Shown here: positions 21,101-29,416 of the stretch, piece after piece
Layout: each line of letters opens with the position of its first letter
Numbering within the stretch: the stretch's first letter is position 1
DNA from: a virus
Taxonomy: Duplodnaviria > Caudoviricetes
Length of the DNA: 41,568 bases
Virus record (IMG/VR): IMGVR_UViG_3300025723_000077
Span: 1-41,568 of that record
Direction: 5' to 3' (one strand)
The notes under the pieces: model-generated
What the model was told of the DNA's origin: nothing
Database searches by the model: none
What the model saw: only the letters and a program-made list of their open reading frames with translations
Program-made: the position numbers and the translations under genes

Positions 21101-23781
21101 CCAATTGGTGTTATTGTATAATCCGTTACAGGATTTAATAATGTATTGTTTAAATATACTTTTGTGTGTGGTACCGTACTTTGAGATACGGGCAATATAT
21201 CAATTTGTACAAATGCTCGTTGTGTTCCAGCTGTATCTACTGTAACAACGTAACCATCAAAGAATTTTGTAAACACCTGACACTGACTAGTTTTTTCTAG
21301 ATTTTCTGTCCAGTTGTTTAACATGGTAGTTCCATTAACCATGTAACCAGAGCCAACTTTAACTGTACCAGCTGTAGTTGTAAATGTATCAGTGTCGTAA
21401 TAATTGGTAAAAGAAATATCACCAATGTTATTAAAGTTTATGTAGGATAAAGGAAAACCTAAAATTGCATCATTGGTTCCTGTGCCCGATGTATATCCAA
21501 ACAGACGAGATCCGGCAAATGTCGATCCAGGATATACTACCGTATCACTAAAGCTGTATCCATTGACATCTACTACGTCAAATAGCGGAGTTTGGTTAAT
21601 TGCTGTCTTGGCCTGACATTGATACCAATTAGTACCATCAAATCTAAATGTTTTCTTTGCGTTGGTTGCACCGCCCATTACTAATAAATTTTGTCCAACT
21701 ATAATAGGATCGTCGGCTGTTGGAACTAATGTAATATAATTATTTCCAGCAATAGACTGATTTTGTACTTGATACACTTGAGATTTTACAACGTTGTCGT
21801 AGTCGTTGGCAAATACTACGCGATCGTTTTCTTGAAGAGTTGCACCGTCAACTTGTGCTGTAATTTTGCCTTCAACGTCATTCATGGCATCGGTGGTAGT
21901 TGTGCCAGTTCCATCGCTAGGTGTTCCATCGCGTGTGGCTATAAACTTAACACCAACTGTATTTGATGCTGCACCAAATGATGTAAAGTCAGTAGTGCCA
22001 ACACTTAAAATTGTATAGTTTCCATATTTTGTTAATGTCTGGGCACTATTAGAAAATGTTATATAGTTAATAGCAGGTTTAGCTTGCTGACCATAATTGA
22101 ATAATTTTAAACCAGCTTCAAATTCAATAATTGGTCTACGTGCTAGTAAATTTGGTCCATAGTCTGCAGACGTATTATTTTTCACGGCTGTGTAAAGTAT
22201 TACATCTTTGTGGAACCAACGATTATATCGTGTCCACGCATTTTGGTCTGGGCTGGCTCGATTAATTGTAATATAATCAGGAGTTGTTGCGATTGCTGAG
22301 CCGTAGGCCTCGGGTATTATTAATGCATTGACATCTATCAATGAGATTGATGTGCCAACTCCTTCAACGTAATATTGATTATTTGCGTATGAACTTGGTG
22401 TTACAAAACTGTCAAACTGTACTTTAAGTCCGTTTGTAAATACTACACCATTCGGGCTAGTATAACTTGCTTGACCAATAATATCTGCATTGACATCAAT
22501 CTTAGAAGTTGCATTATCTACTAATTTAATTTTTCCAACAAAGCCGGGATCACTACTGTCTTGATAATACAAATAGTCGGAGATAGATGTAATAGCCGGA
22601 ACTGGCTGATATGATAAATTTTTATCTAACCAAAATTGCTGGCTTGCATGTGTAACACCAGATCCCACAAATACACGTTGCAACGATGCGATTGGTGTAG
22701 ATGGGACTAATTGTATAATATAGTCGCCTGTGCCTGTTGCTACTAAGTTAAGTTTCCAGATACTAGTACGAGTCGCTAAGTCTATTACCTGACCTGGTAT
22801 TACTTTAGCCGACAATACAGCTGGTAAACTAGCATAAGCTGGAGGAACCGACGGTGTTGTCCAATTGGCTGCACTTGAATCATTATTAATAAAAATAATA
22901 GATTTAGTACCAAGTTGGTTTACAATGCCATCTAATCCTGTAGGGAAATTTGTAAGGAATGCACTTAATAATTGATTTTGTATGTCAGTATATTGAAAAC
23001 TAACTGCCGCATCCACTGTGGCTTTAACTGGCATATCAACATAAAAATTTTGTGATGTTGATTGCGGAACTTGGAACGTAATACTTCCACTGTCTGTGCC
23101 ATTGTTTGTCACTCCAAAAACTTGGCGAGTACTTAGTGTAGGTACGTTAGGATCAACCCCAGACACACCAGGTTTACTTTGAAACCAAAATTCAAATCCT
23201 GGTTGGTCAATATTAAATGTATACGTGCCTCCACGTGCTAGTGTAAGTTGTGTATTGGGGTGCGAACCGTTATTACTAAAAACATATCCGCCAAGATTAG
23301 TATCTCTTGTTACTGTATATGTAGTACGATACGGAACTTGATTTGCAGCAATACCAATTGGTGCAGGACCATTAGGCAACCAATAGTAGTTGTAATAGTT
23401 TACAAATTTATCATAGTTAAAGTGTCCGTCGTAGCTATAACTAGTAGAAGAAAATAGTCGTTGATGGTCAGTAACTATGCCGTTAGCTGACGAAATACTG
23501 TTTAATAAATCAGTGTAGCCAGAATTAAATTCTATATTGTTAGCTGAATCAGTTACTACAACACTAGGCTCAAGCTGATATTGACTACGGCGAGCACTTA
23601 GTTCAGGTACATAATTATCACCTAACTTATATGTAGGGGCAAAGGTACGTCCAATATAACCATTGATAGAAACATTAACATCTGGAGAAAATAATTGATC
23701 CATGGTAGCACCAAGGAATCGTTGGTTCGTGCTACTCTGGAACGCTTGTGGTAAAAATGTAATTGTTGGTATTAAACTCAT
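12181..23781 (-). CDS. Giant (3866 aa) baseplate wedge/virion structural protein, in the gp7 position
   Basis: Uninterrupted 11.6-kb ORF after gp6; N-terminal FLPQAFQS..N.RFL.AT.DQL; FG-GAP-like propeller repeats; W....Y..GD.V.Y motifs; GSGY..PP.V.I.GG repeats. Confidence 0.75.
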   Translation of the reverse strand: MSLIPTITFLPQAFQSSTNQRFLGATMDQLFSPDVNVSINGYIGRTFAPTYKLGDNYVPELSARRSQYQLEPSVVVTDSANNIEFNSGYTDLLNSISSANGIVTDHQRLFSSTSYSYDGHFNYDKFVNYYNYYWLPNGPAPIGIAANQVPYRTTYTVTRDTNLGGYVFSNNGSHPNTQLTLARGGTYTFNIDQPGFEFWFQSKPGVSGVDPNVPTLSTRQVFGVTNNGTDSGSITFQVPQSTSQNFYVDMPVKATVDAAVSFQYTDIQNQLLSAFLTNFPTGLDGIVNQLGTKSIIFINNDSSAANWTTPSVPPAYASLPAVLSAKVIPGQVIDLATRTSIWKLNLVATGTGDYIIQLVPSTPIASLQRVFVGSGVTHASQQFWLDKNLSYQPVPAITSISDYLYYQDSSDPGFVGKIKLVDNATSKIDVNADIIGQASYTSPNGVVFTNGLKVQFDSFVTPSSYANNQYYVEGVGTSISLIDVNALIIPEAYGSAIATTPDYITINRASPDQNAWTRYNRWFHKDVILYTAVKNNTSADYGPNLLARRPIIEFEAGLKLFNYGQQAKPAINYITFSNSAQTLTKYGNYTILSVGTTDFTSFGAASNTVGVKFIATRDGTPSDGTGTTTTDAMNDVEGKITAQVDGATLQENDRVVFANDYDNVVKSQVYQVQNQSIAGNNYITLVPTADDPIIVGQNLLVMGGATNAKKTFRFDGTNWYQCQAKTAINQTPLFDVVDVNGYSFSDTVVYPGSTFAGSRLFGYTSGTGTNDAILGFPLSYINFNNIGDISFTNYYDTDTFTTTAGTVKVGSGYMVNGTTMLNNWTENLEKTSQCQVFTKFFDGYVVTVDTAGTQRAFVQIDILPVSQSTVPHTKVYLNNTLLNPVTDYTITPIGVYYVVAFNTMPAVGDKIDVLIFSNTSSSTAYYEIPSNLDFNPLNTNFNTITLGQLRSHYNKLIENTSVSSTTSIPTQDNYLKRQGGTLLQHTSPLIYAMTFLSDPEVNFINGINLARKEYQKFKNKFLSLCSTMSGLDYKNPAAGVDAILQTINAVKNSSFPWYYSDMVPQGGEYTETAYTVLNAGQMNYEIGSIFDNTVLSNRAVLVYVNGVQQTVGKDYVFSLISPVITFSRSFTVGDKIVIKDYANTDGNYIPETPTKLGLYPKSNPLLYLDNTYQTPVNVIVGHDGSITPAFGDFRDDYLLELELRIYNNIKVDYSKNNLNIHDTIPGRFRNTDYSLAEYNQIISRDFLSWVGANKINYISNNTFDANNAWTWNYSRFPDVVDKSFLQGSWRAIYNYWFDTDTPNLTPWEMLGFSSQPSWWATRYGPAPYTNGNTVLWADLEAGYIWNGSNSSAYNDVRFARPGLTGFIPVDAAGNLINPIEIPLNGAYNSAQAGLDFSFGQQGPAETAWRRSSDFPYAMQTALALMRPADYFSTQLDTSNFYINSATGQFSNSVNQRITPSLLNVNGDSSSGTTVRTSGYINWVGDSIKNLGIDPVAKLSDYFNRLSVQLNYKMAGFTDYKMLTVSAEQTSPGSTNGSVILPDTNYKIYLNKSVPLATATYSAVIVERTINGYTVSGYDPSIPFFNIIPSVASSNSNTLTINNISVQIYEDSSKTIQAIPYGTEFSTVQQVADFLISYERYLTSVGFTFDTYNTDLSETNNWTLSVKELVYWAQQGWAAGTVIILNPKTTALQLTTAGTIVDEITNLPNQSIILDQNFVPIKSSNFSLLRTESPVASNRFILRTLDGSTICFARLNLVQYEHVLVFDNKSDFGDIIYVPEQGTRQFRLKVSGEKTGAWTGALSAAGYIYSDPMIESWVAGTDYRTGDIVLYNNFYYTATKDIPASQSFNNVLWSQIQKESIQTGLLQNFSLNAGQFAHLYDVDNPPSDETFQEYSAGLIGFRQRQYLTDLGISIPTQTKFYQGYIKEKGSMNAITALTKAAFNNVNGNVNVYEEWAFNVGNYGGINSNQFTEFVLDQSVFTTNPIAFTFNTVATTGNIIANLSSANVYNASNLASTSTALYSNRVDTVYTTDIPTAGYVNLQDVDYTVFSLDKFTAPVSKLGAGDKIWTAKNGLGVWDVLRVNETQVLATSLTYMQSDYGKLTFDNPHNFKAGDSLVLKYFNPRYDGIYVVVSAPNPLSVVLSISTVSPSLTEPSPLQYLIRMNTVTGPGTVYSLDSARVGTIGNLLTYTPPRNGWIDNDKIWIDQDANGSWLVYTYRHPWLSNAAVKSTGNTTVAGQFGSSIRISSDNSYVFTGSPGSHQVFAKPVTTAAPATITVADLNFGQSIDSQGNLLSIASSSNVYIYRQDGNTITALQTITSANLVGNVTSISMSADQTWLYIGGNNQVHAYVANTTPSSANARYVWATKIVNTGSFGNVVKTNTNGNVVFVGAPTATNTYAQNGNVYVYSRSGNVLSLNQTISSVKNQGANFGASLDIDSTAGNLYIGAPNATSSGHVSGSVEQWSLISGTYSKDRVLAHPNNDVGNFGISVSVSGDSQVLAIGSIGSSSDEMTTFDNNITVIDSATTHFLDHIVGSGATYIFETLDNTYIYTQELEAQLQYGDAFGSSVDVTRQYIAVGAPGHSNLYGDAYLFTNPTQTTAWNITRQQQPYVDIDSVARTLMYNKSNNNILAALDFIDPRKGKVLNVANVDIDYKLDYDPALYNRGTGVTVADLHWGPRQVGKIWWDLDDVRYIDYEQDALIYRLTQWSNRFPGSQISVYEWIESTQLPSQYTGTGTPLHPDDSAYSTYGYVDNNGAVRVKYYYWVKGLDTVNTAAGKQNSVVSISAAIANPQSQGIPYATILRNDTVALHNVNHLLTGKNTILQLGSQDVKTKLVHSEYALVQEGNPTSKLPANIISKLLDSLAGIDQAGNPVPDPALLPSQAYGISIRPRQSAIVDVNTAVYNIVILTNQFLIEYPVTERKVLTTLNSEEPAPNTATGYYSLSVATFEELGYVDTNLISAGYQVLVKNDSNNSGKWDIYVWTGTAWIVATRPDGTPWVQLYKTNLWWSYADWYVAGFDPTTTIDVTVANQLELGKITLQPNTYVKVLDTGAGNFAIYHYDSTLTKTTVGIQNGTIQLPGGDVNIPNIEFRQILLALVNDIFIDDLAVRFNQLFFTLIKYIMAEQKNIDWAFKTSFISATQSIRKLQEFPSYIPDNQDFYLQYIEEVKPYRSVIREFVVDYIGNDTYGSDITDFDLPPYWDANVQVYRSPSGELSYDADIQQTGVYSQWYNNYKYQVVDVIIENPGSGYLLPPQVVITGGNGYGATATANINSSGGVSSIVVTSSGLGYTSVPTVIINGAGSGAKGYAVLRNAFTGFAANSHNLVRSISTTIKFDRTTYHAANTFVFWSNVTSANVGQSIAANTIIVLNQQLYKLNNNYTIAANLSFPVTNVTKINANSFNVANDRITAFNGNVNLDLIGDGITYPGVIVDGNTFTGNVYDTTISSAFTTNFGIDPGNILIDGGAYVSTFSSHAPEELIPGRVFDSLDIKVFSNVAPSTNDYAFRLFDDMNGTHSFYRIANANVTTLTSNLSMTDSNIHVVNASILPQPNANLAIPGVVFIGGEKITYYKNYSYQTAWQANVILPVDTVITYNGNIYVTTGNVYDSTFANISSKVNLIGNISTFGNVLGQIRRGVDGTGTPATHSANLRVVDASIQQVIPNANIANVSVAAGTSYTVTANISYNLPLAGYPYLSANIGDYITQTCTANSAVVANLRVLGTVNGATPWTANLVVSPGTVLSYSNQFYVTTGNVYAQYFANILANVTTANANAYSTTSIPVIFVSGNLVSTANTVQINGQTVGNVTTRTPTKLGTITSTGNVVITSNSYVAQTQDWYTPGAGTATNGTGLINSTTAQATFLKQSPGYTP

Positions 23782-23794
23782 TTAATAATTTTCT

Positions 23795-26700
23795 CTAGTA
23801 AGTTTGTAGTAAAGGGTTGCCCAAGTTTAATGTTGCTGCTGTAACAGCCGATACAATATCAATATCATTAACAGTTGCGGCGCTGGTAATAATTTCCCAT
23901 GGCTCTGCATTAATTTGGAAATAGTTACCAAACACCAATGTATTGTCTGCTGGTACAATTAGTACGCTAGATATATTTGGTGCTAGGGTTGCGTGTAAGT
24001 ACGCAGCCAACTCACTGAAATAAAATGCGTCGCCAAAGTCCCAGTTGTTTGGATCAAAGTAATTATTAATTGCAGCAATTACCTGTGTTTTAATTTCGTT
24101 GTCAGTTAAACCAACAGATGAATTTTTAATAATTTGGAAACGTGCCTGTACACTTGGGTCTGCTTTTGCTCCAAACAGTGGTTTGAATTTTGCAGGATTA
24201 TAAACAATAGTATCGCTCACGGCTTTGTAATTGTCTAGACTACCGTAATCAGTTTCAAGGCTACTAGTAGTAGGAGGAATAGGCATAGATAGTTTGCCAG
24301 TTAAATCTCGTAACCAATTGATGTAGTCTGTTGCATAGGCGCTGGTTAATATATACATATCAATGATATTAATTGGCGTTGGGTCAATACGACTACGTGC
24401 TGGACTATTATGTTTGTATTGGAAATACAAACTGTTTCTTGAACTCGATACTGAGCCGGCAGCCTGTGTAAACAAATCAGGATTGTCTGGGATGCCGTCC
24501 ATTTGTGTTGTTGGACTCTTAACTAATACCTGTGTAGGATCTACATAACCATCGGACTCGGTGAAGGTATTATAAATTTGCCATACTAAATCATTGGCTA
24601 ATGGACTACCAGAATTAGGTTGACTATTAATTTGTAAAATTTTAATAATATCAGATACATTCAAACCCGTGGCTGAATTATAAACACGAACTTCTGGATC
24701 AAAATAGAATCGTGTGCCGCCAGCAGAGCCAAATGTATATTCTAAGACTCGGTAATTAATTGTGTACAGTCCTTGATTATAAGTAAATTTCAATAACCAG
24801 TTAGTGCTAGTACCAATGTCAGATGGTAATATATTTGCCCATGTTTGATTTACTTGATCGTAGTAAAGACCAAAATTAACGGTGGCTTCAATTTGACTAA
24901 TAATAGTAGCAATAAGACTGTTGCTCAGATCATTCTTATACGGAGGAATAATAGCAACATTACCACCTAAGTTACTGTCGCTTAATATTGCTCCAGTTGG
25001 AACTACTGTACCAAAAGTAATTAAACTTGGTGTGCTAAAATCGCCGTTGGATACTACGTTAACTACCGAAGCATAAAAACTTGTTGTGTCTGTGCTCAAA
25101 CTTGGTGAGCCGGATTTTAAAAGATGTTGTGCATCAAAATGATATCCGGCTGGCGCTGTAAACTGTAGACTTGCACCCGGTGCAACATATTGTAAATTTC
25201 CACTGACTCCTAGCCCAACTTGCTGAGTGTTACCGGCATATTGTAAGTATCCTGAACTTGTTGATGTCGAATTACCAGTTTGTGAAAACGTCACGTTGGC
25301 ATGCGGGCTATTATAACGCTGGAATGTAGCATAGTAATAATTTTGCATTTCTGTGCTGCTAATAGCCGGAACTACTTGATTATAAATTGCCGAATAGATA
25401 TCGTCAGTAGTTAAAAAACTAAACGAAGTTGAATTAATAGAACTGTTGGCTGTTAAAATACCATCATCACCAAAAATGTTTGTAGTCGAATAACTACCAG
25501 TAGGATCAATTGCATCGAGATATAAACTTACACCCGAACTAGTACGGTTAACCGCTTTGATTTTTTGAATACTTGTAAACTGAGTCGCAGGGAAAATATT
25601 ATAATCTTCGCCAGTGATCATACGATTTTGTGTATAGTACTGTTGTGGTGCCGCTGACTTGATACTAGATAAACTTGGAGCAGCATTAGCATTAGTTACT
25701 GTGTAGGTTAAGCTGGCTGTAACTGTTAATGTTTCAACTGTGTTCTTTTTGCTAATATAGCTAAATGCGATACTTACGCTAGATAGGTCATCTGGAGTAA
25801 TACTATAAGTGGTGCCGTTACCTGTGCGATAGTAAAACACAAACTTACCTGTAGGAATGTTTGCAAACGATCCATCGCCAAATACCAAATTGATTTGGTC
25901 ATTGTTTAGAGTATTAACCTGATATAAATTCTTTTCTGTTAAGTTGTTAAACACCACATTGATGCCAGGTAGTGCAGGAACTTGTGTCCATAGTGTCTGT
26001 GGATTGTTATTAACATCTAGACTGTATAACCATTGATCTGTGTTGGTAATATTATTTGTAGCAACCGTAACAAAGTTATTTGGAATACTGTTTGTAATGT
26101 TAAATGAAGTTGAAGTTAAACTACCTTGTTTAAAGAAAGTAAAAAATCCAGTATTATTACTGCCATTACCATTATTGTCGTTGCGATATAAAATATTAAA
26201 TATACCAGCTTTTGTTGGATCTGATTCGTATATGTAATTTTTACCCACGCTGGTTGCACTAACCGCTTCAAACGGAATACTAGTACCTTGTATTTTAGCT
26301 GTAAACGGTGCTGTAGGTAATGTGTTTGGATTTAGATTAATACTGTATTCGTCAGTTTGGATACCATTAATTGCTTGGCTATTACCAGGCTTGCCCACTT
26401 GTTCGCTGGTAATTAAACTAGCATTGATAATTGAGGTAAATTGTTCTAACCAATTATCGTTAGTTAAGTCGTTCCAGTGTACTGTTAGTCCAGCTAAGTT
26501 TGTACCATTGCTGTCGGTTAGACTTTCTGTAGTATTAACGCTGTTAATTTTTAATAGGCCAGATGCCGCATTTGTGCGACTTGGATTGTAACTTAGCATA
26601 CGTGCTAATTTAAGGATACTGTCACGACGTTGTGCGGTATCAATGAAGTTTTCACGTGCGTTTAAATCAGTGCGGAAAGCTAAACTTTGGCCCAAGAAAG

Positions 26701-26905
26701 CTATCATGTCGATTAACGCAATATATTCACTGCTTTCCAAGAAGTCATTAAAAGTCTCTGGATAGTAGACTTTAATGTAATTGATCATGCTGTTACGCAA
26801 TGTTTCAAAGTCGTAACTAGTGAAGTCTGCGTTAGTGAAAGTTTGATAAATCTTAGTCCAGTCTTGCTGAACTAGTAGATTCGTTTGACGTGTTGTTTGG
26901 GCCAT
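23795..26905 (-). CDS. gp6: Baseplate wedge subunit, T4 gp6-like
   Basis: DFETLRNSMINY..FNDF.ESS..LID.IA...RENFIDTAQRRDS..LA..L.Y.P, FGDG..A.IP and AP..Y.TQNRMIT.EDY; adjacent to gp25. Confidence 0.9.
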   Translation of the reverse strand: MAQTTRQTNLLVQQDWTKIYQTFTNADFTSYDFETLRNSMINYIKVYYPETFNDFLESSEYIALIDMIAFLGQSLAFRTDLNARENFIDTAQRRDSILKLARMLSYNPSRTNAASGLLKINSVNTTESLTDSNGTNLAGLTVHWNDLTNDNWLEQFTSIINASLITSEQVGKPGNSQAINGIQTDEYSINLNPNTLPTAPFTAKIQGTSIPFEAVSATSVGKNYIYESDPTKAGIFNILYRNDNNGNGSNNTGFFTFFKQGSLTSTSFNITNSIPNNFVTVATNNITNTDQWLYSLDVNNNPQTLWTQVPALPGINVVFNNLTEKNLYQVNTLNNDQINLVFGDGSFANIPTGKFVFYYRTGNGTTYSITPDDLSSVSIAFSYISKKNTVETLTVTASLTYTVTNANAAPSLSSIKSAAPQQYYTQNRMITGEDYNIFPATQFTSIQKIKAVNRTSSGVSLYLDAIDPTGSYSTTNIFGDDGILTANSSINSTSFSFLTTDDIYSAIYNQVVPAISSTEMQNYYYATFQRYNSPHANVTFSQTGNSTSTSSGYLQYAGNTQQVGLGVSGNLQYVAPGASLQFTAPAGYHFDAQHLLKSGSPSLSTDTTSFYASVVNVVSNGDFSTPSLITFGTVVPTGAILSDSNLGGNVAIIPPYKNDLSNSLIATIISQIEATVNFGLYYDQVNQTWANILPSDIGTSTNWLLKFTYNQGLYTINYRVLEYTFGSAGGTRFYFDPEVRVYNSATGLNVSDIIKILQINSQPNSGSPLANDLVWQIYNTFTESDGYVDPTQVLVKSPTTQMDGIPDNPDLFTQAAGSVSSSRNSLYFQYKHNSPARSRIDPTPINIIDMYILTSAYATDYINWLRDLTGKLSMPIPPTTSSLETDYGSLDNYKAVSDTIVYNPAKFKPLFGAKADPSVQARFQIIKNSSVGLTDNEIKTQVIAAINNYFDPNNWDFGDAFYFSELAAYLHATLAPNISSVLIVPADNTLVFGNYFQINAEPWEIITSAATVNDIDIVSAVTAATLNLGNPLLQTY

Positions 26906-26925
26906 ATTATTTTACCTATATCAAG

Positions 26926-26933
26926 TATTTATC
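26926..26933 (-). promoter_or_regulatory. Putative late promoter GATAAATA
   Basis: Intergenic, upstream of gp6 (context CCGATAAATAC). Confidence 0.6.
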
Positions 26934-26953
26934 GGTAGAAATAATATGGTCAG

Positions 26954-27328
26954 TTAATTAGTGGTTAAAGTTTGGGTTGAGCGATCAAAATTTAGCGATA
27001 GTACGCTAGTTTGATTAGTTGGAATATAACTAAGTGTTAGTTGTATTAAAAATCCGTGATCTTGTTGTGTAATTGCTACTTGTCCTACAGCTAATCGTGG
27101 ATCATAGCTGATAATCTTGTTAATGTCGTTTTGTATTAACAGTTGAGTATTTTCGTCTAATGGTTCAAACAACATATCCCAAATAACAGTACCAAACGTA
27201 GGTTGCATTAACTTCTGACCCTTGCGTATATTAAAATAATTCAATAGGTCTTGCTTGGCTAATTCAAAATCAGTCAATGTGTATTTTTTGGCGTTAACGG
27301 CGGTACTAAAACCTCTATATGTAGTCAT
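26954..27328 (-). CDS. gp25: Baseplate wedge subunit, gp25-like
   Basis: DLLNYFNIRKGQKLMQPTFGT.IWD.LFEP...II.YDPR; 124 aa. Confidence 0.9.
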   Translation of the reverse strand: MTTYRGFSTAVNAKKYTLTDFELAKQDLLNYFNIRKGQKLMQPTFGTVIWDMLFEPLDENTQLLIQNDINKIISYDPRLAVGQVAITQQDHGFLIQLTLSYIPTNQTSVLSLNFDRSTQTLTTN

Positions 27329-27335
27329 ATTGTAT

Positions 27336-27998
27336 TTATTGGCTTAAAATTGTAATAGCATACTGGCCAGCATTAAACGGCTCGGCGCCAACACCAACAT
27401 TACCAAAGCGCCAGGCATAAGCACCAGTTCCTGCTGTGTTTACGTAGGTTGGCGGAGTACCTACTCCAAGAACCCAGGCCACGTATATCATACCAGCTAC
27501 TGTTGCAGCATCATCGTCGGGTAAAATTGCATTAATTTTTTTCAAATTGGTATAATTGTCAAATATCAATTGATATGCTAAATGCTCCTGACTAGTTCTA
27601 CTAGATAAAAATTCATTTACTGTTGAAACATTATAAAGATAATTTGCATAGGAATTGGCAGAATTTCGTATAGTAACTGGGCGCCAGCAAAGTCGATAAT
27701 TTACACAATTGGTACCGTATGCTTGATTACTGCCTGCGGCTAATAGCCCATACGATTCTAATTGTTGTGTAGTAACTTGATATCTGCCAAGTTGGTTGTT
27801 AACACCAATTTTACTATAATTCCATTGGCTTTGATCGTAGGCTATTTGTGCTTGTAAATTACGAATTTCTACGCTGGTTAACATATCAATGTTAGCCCAG
27901 TACGGCGGAGATACCGGCGCATCAGCTCGACCTAACCAGCTTTTTGGTAAAGGTGTTAGTACGGTTGTAAATGCGGCGTTAGTTATTCCAATGTCCAT
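27336..27998 (-). CDS. Lysozyme/lytic-transglycosylase-like fold virion protein, possibly inactive
   Basis: IAYDQS.WNY...N.LGRYQ...FL....QE...AGMIYVAW.LG; immediately downstream of gp5. Confidence 0.5.
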   Translation of the reverse strand: MDIGITNAAFTTVLTPLPKSWLGRADAPVSPPYWANIDMLTSVEIRNLQAQIAYDQSQWNYSKIGVNNQLGRYQVTTQQLESYGLLAAGSNQAYGTNCVNYRLCWRPVTIRNSANSYANYLYNVSTVNEFLSSRTSQEHLAYQLIFDNYTNLKKINAILPDDDAATVAGMIYVAWVLGVGTPPTYVNTAGTGAYAWRFGNVGVGAEPFNAGQYAITILSQ

Positions 27999-28001
27999 AT
28001 A

Positions 28002-29414
28002 TTAATTTTTTGGTGCTGGTCTAGTCCAGGGTTCATGTGTAGGCACTACTTTACAAATTGAATGTAATGTACTTCCAGCTTGCCATCCTGTGCCTGTGAA
28101 TACTGTATCTGGGGATATGTGAGGGATCGCTGGTATTGGTGGAATAAACAACGGAGGCTTTGTTAAACAATTCAATGCCAGCGGTGTTCCAAATAAATTT
28201 AATGGGCCAGCGGCTGTTACATCTACAGCGCCAATGGCGTTAATTTTTACAAAGCCGCCTGCGCTTACGCTAGTTTCTCCACCGGATGCTATGCTAATCG
28301 CACCAAGCGAACTCATCCCTATTGTTGCTAGGCTAGTTACTTTAACACCAATTTCTCCATTGATATTAACGGATTCGGCATTCATATTAATAGTGCTGTC
28401 ACTGTGAAAGTTCATTGGTCCCATGCTACGCATATTAATACCAGCAGCGGCATAAACATTAAAGCTACCGTCGGCACTGAATTCCATCCACTGGCTACCA
28501 CTGGCGCTGGCAATGTATAATACATTTTCTGTATCATTCATTAGTACTTGGTGCCCACCACTGGTACGCAATCTTATTAGTTGATCTTTACCGTCGGTGT
28601 CACCGTCGTCCATAACAAACTGATGTCCACCTTTGCGGTAAAATACCAATAGTGGGTCTTTGGCATATTGATCAGATGGTGTAGCTTTACGACCCGGCGT
28701 ACTAATACCGTAAACATTACTTGGTGCTTCTCTCAAGCTGCTAGAGCTGATTGCACCACGTATAGGATCTTGATCAAGTCCTTGTTTTACCAACACCATT
28801 GTTTGGTATTCGTGCGGGTAACGCATTGTAGTAGTTAATCCATCACTGTTAAAAGCATTAGGATCGCCAATGTCGTATTCAACTACGGGCAACACACTGG
28901 TATTGTTTATATAAGAATTTAATGCATCTCCGGGACTAGAGGTATACTGAGATCCGCCGATGCTACGTGCCATACCTGGTACCATATGATGACTAGGGCT
29001 TTCGTATGTGCAAGCAAACCAATAACCACGATTCTTTTTACCATTGGCAAATATAACTAAAACATTATTACCAATATCAGGAGGCACCATCCACATGCCG
29101 TAGCTTTGTCCTGTTGTAGCCGGGGTGTTAGGCCCAGCTGTATCGCCACCAGTTGTTTTTCCAAAAAACGGACTAGCATAGCGTACACGTATAGCACCGC
29201 TGTCAGCTGTAGGGGCAGACCCTTGATCTGTTACGTCAGTATAGCCGCTCCAATCGGGAATGGTAACCCACAATTCTCCCATACGACTATTTTCAACATG
29301 CCCTACTACTTGTGCTAGATACGGACCTGGATCTAAACGTTCACCACCTTGGTTAACGTCTTCGGTCATTATTTTGTCGCCGCCTTTGCGTCGTCTATTT
29401 GTCATTTCACCCAT
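28002..29414 (-). CDS. gp5: Baseplate central spike, gp5/VgrG-like (OB fold plus beta-helix)
   Basis: GPYLAQV...RMG.L.V.IP, SYGMWMVPPDIG..VLVIF, GGHQFVMDDG, LIRLRTSGGHQ.LMND, beta-helix repeats, and VPTHEPW end. Confidence 0.8.
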   Translation of the reverse strand: MGEMTNRRRKGGDKIMTEDVNQGGERLDPGPYLAQVVGHVENSRMGELWVTIPDWSGYTDVTDQGSAPTADSGAIRVRYASPFFGKTTGGDTAGPNTPATTGQSYGMWMVPPDIGNNVLVIFANGKKNRGYWFACTYESPSHHMVPGMARSIGGSQYTSSPGDALNSYINNTSVLPVVEYDIGDPNAFNSDGLTTTMRYPHEYQTMVLVKQGLDQDPIRGAISSSSLREAPSNVYGISTPGRKATPSDQYAKDPLLVFYRKGGHQFVMDDGDTDGKDQLIRLRTSGGHQVLMNDTENVLYIASASGSQWMEFSADGSFNVYAAAGINMRSMGPMNFHSDSTINMNAESVNINGEIGVKVTSLATIGMSSLGAISIASGGETSVSAGGFVKINAIGAVDVTAAGPLNLFGTPLALNCLTKPPLFIPPIPAIPHISPDTVFTGTGWQAGSTLHSICKVVPTHEPWTRPAPKN

Positions 29415-29416
29415 GT

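Noticed and set aside
3377-26591. Many plus-strand ORFs antisense to the structural genes (for example 4698..5048, 6911..7333, 10040..10408)
   Set aside because: They are shadow frames produced by the Thr/Asn/Gly/Val codon bias, with low-complexity V/L/P/A translations and no recognisable motifs.
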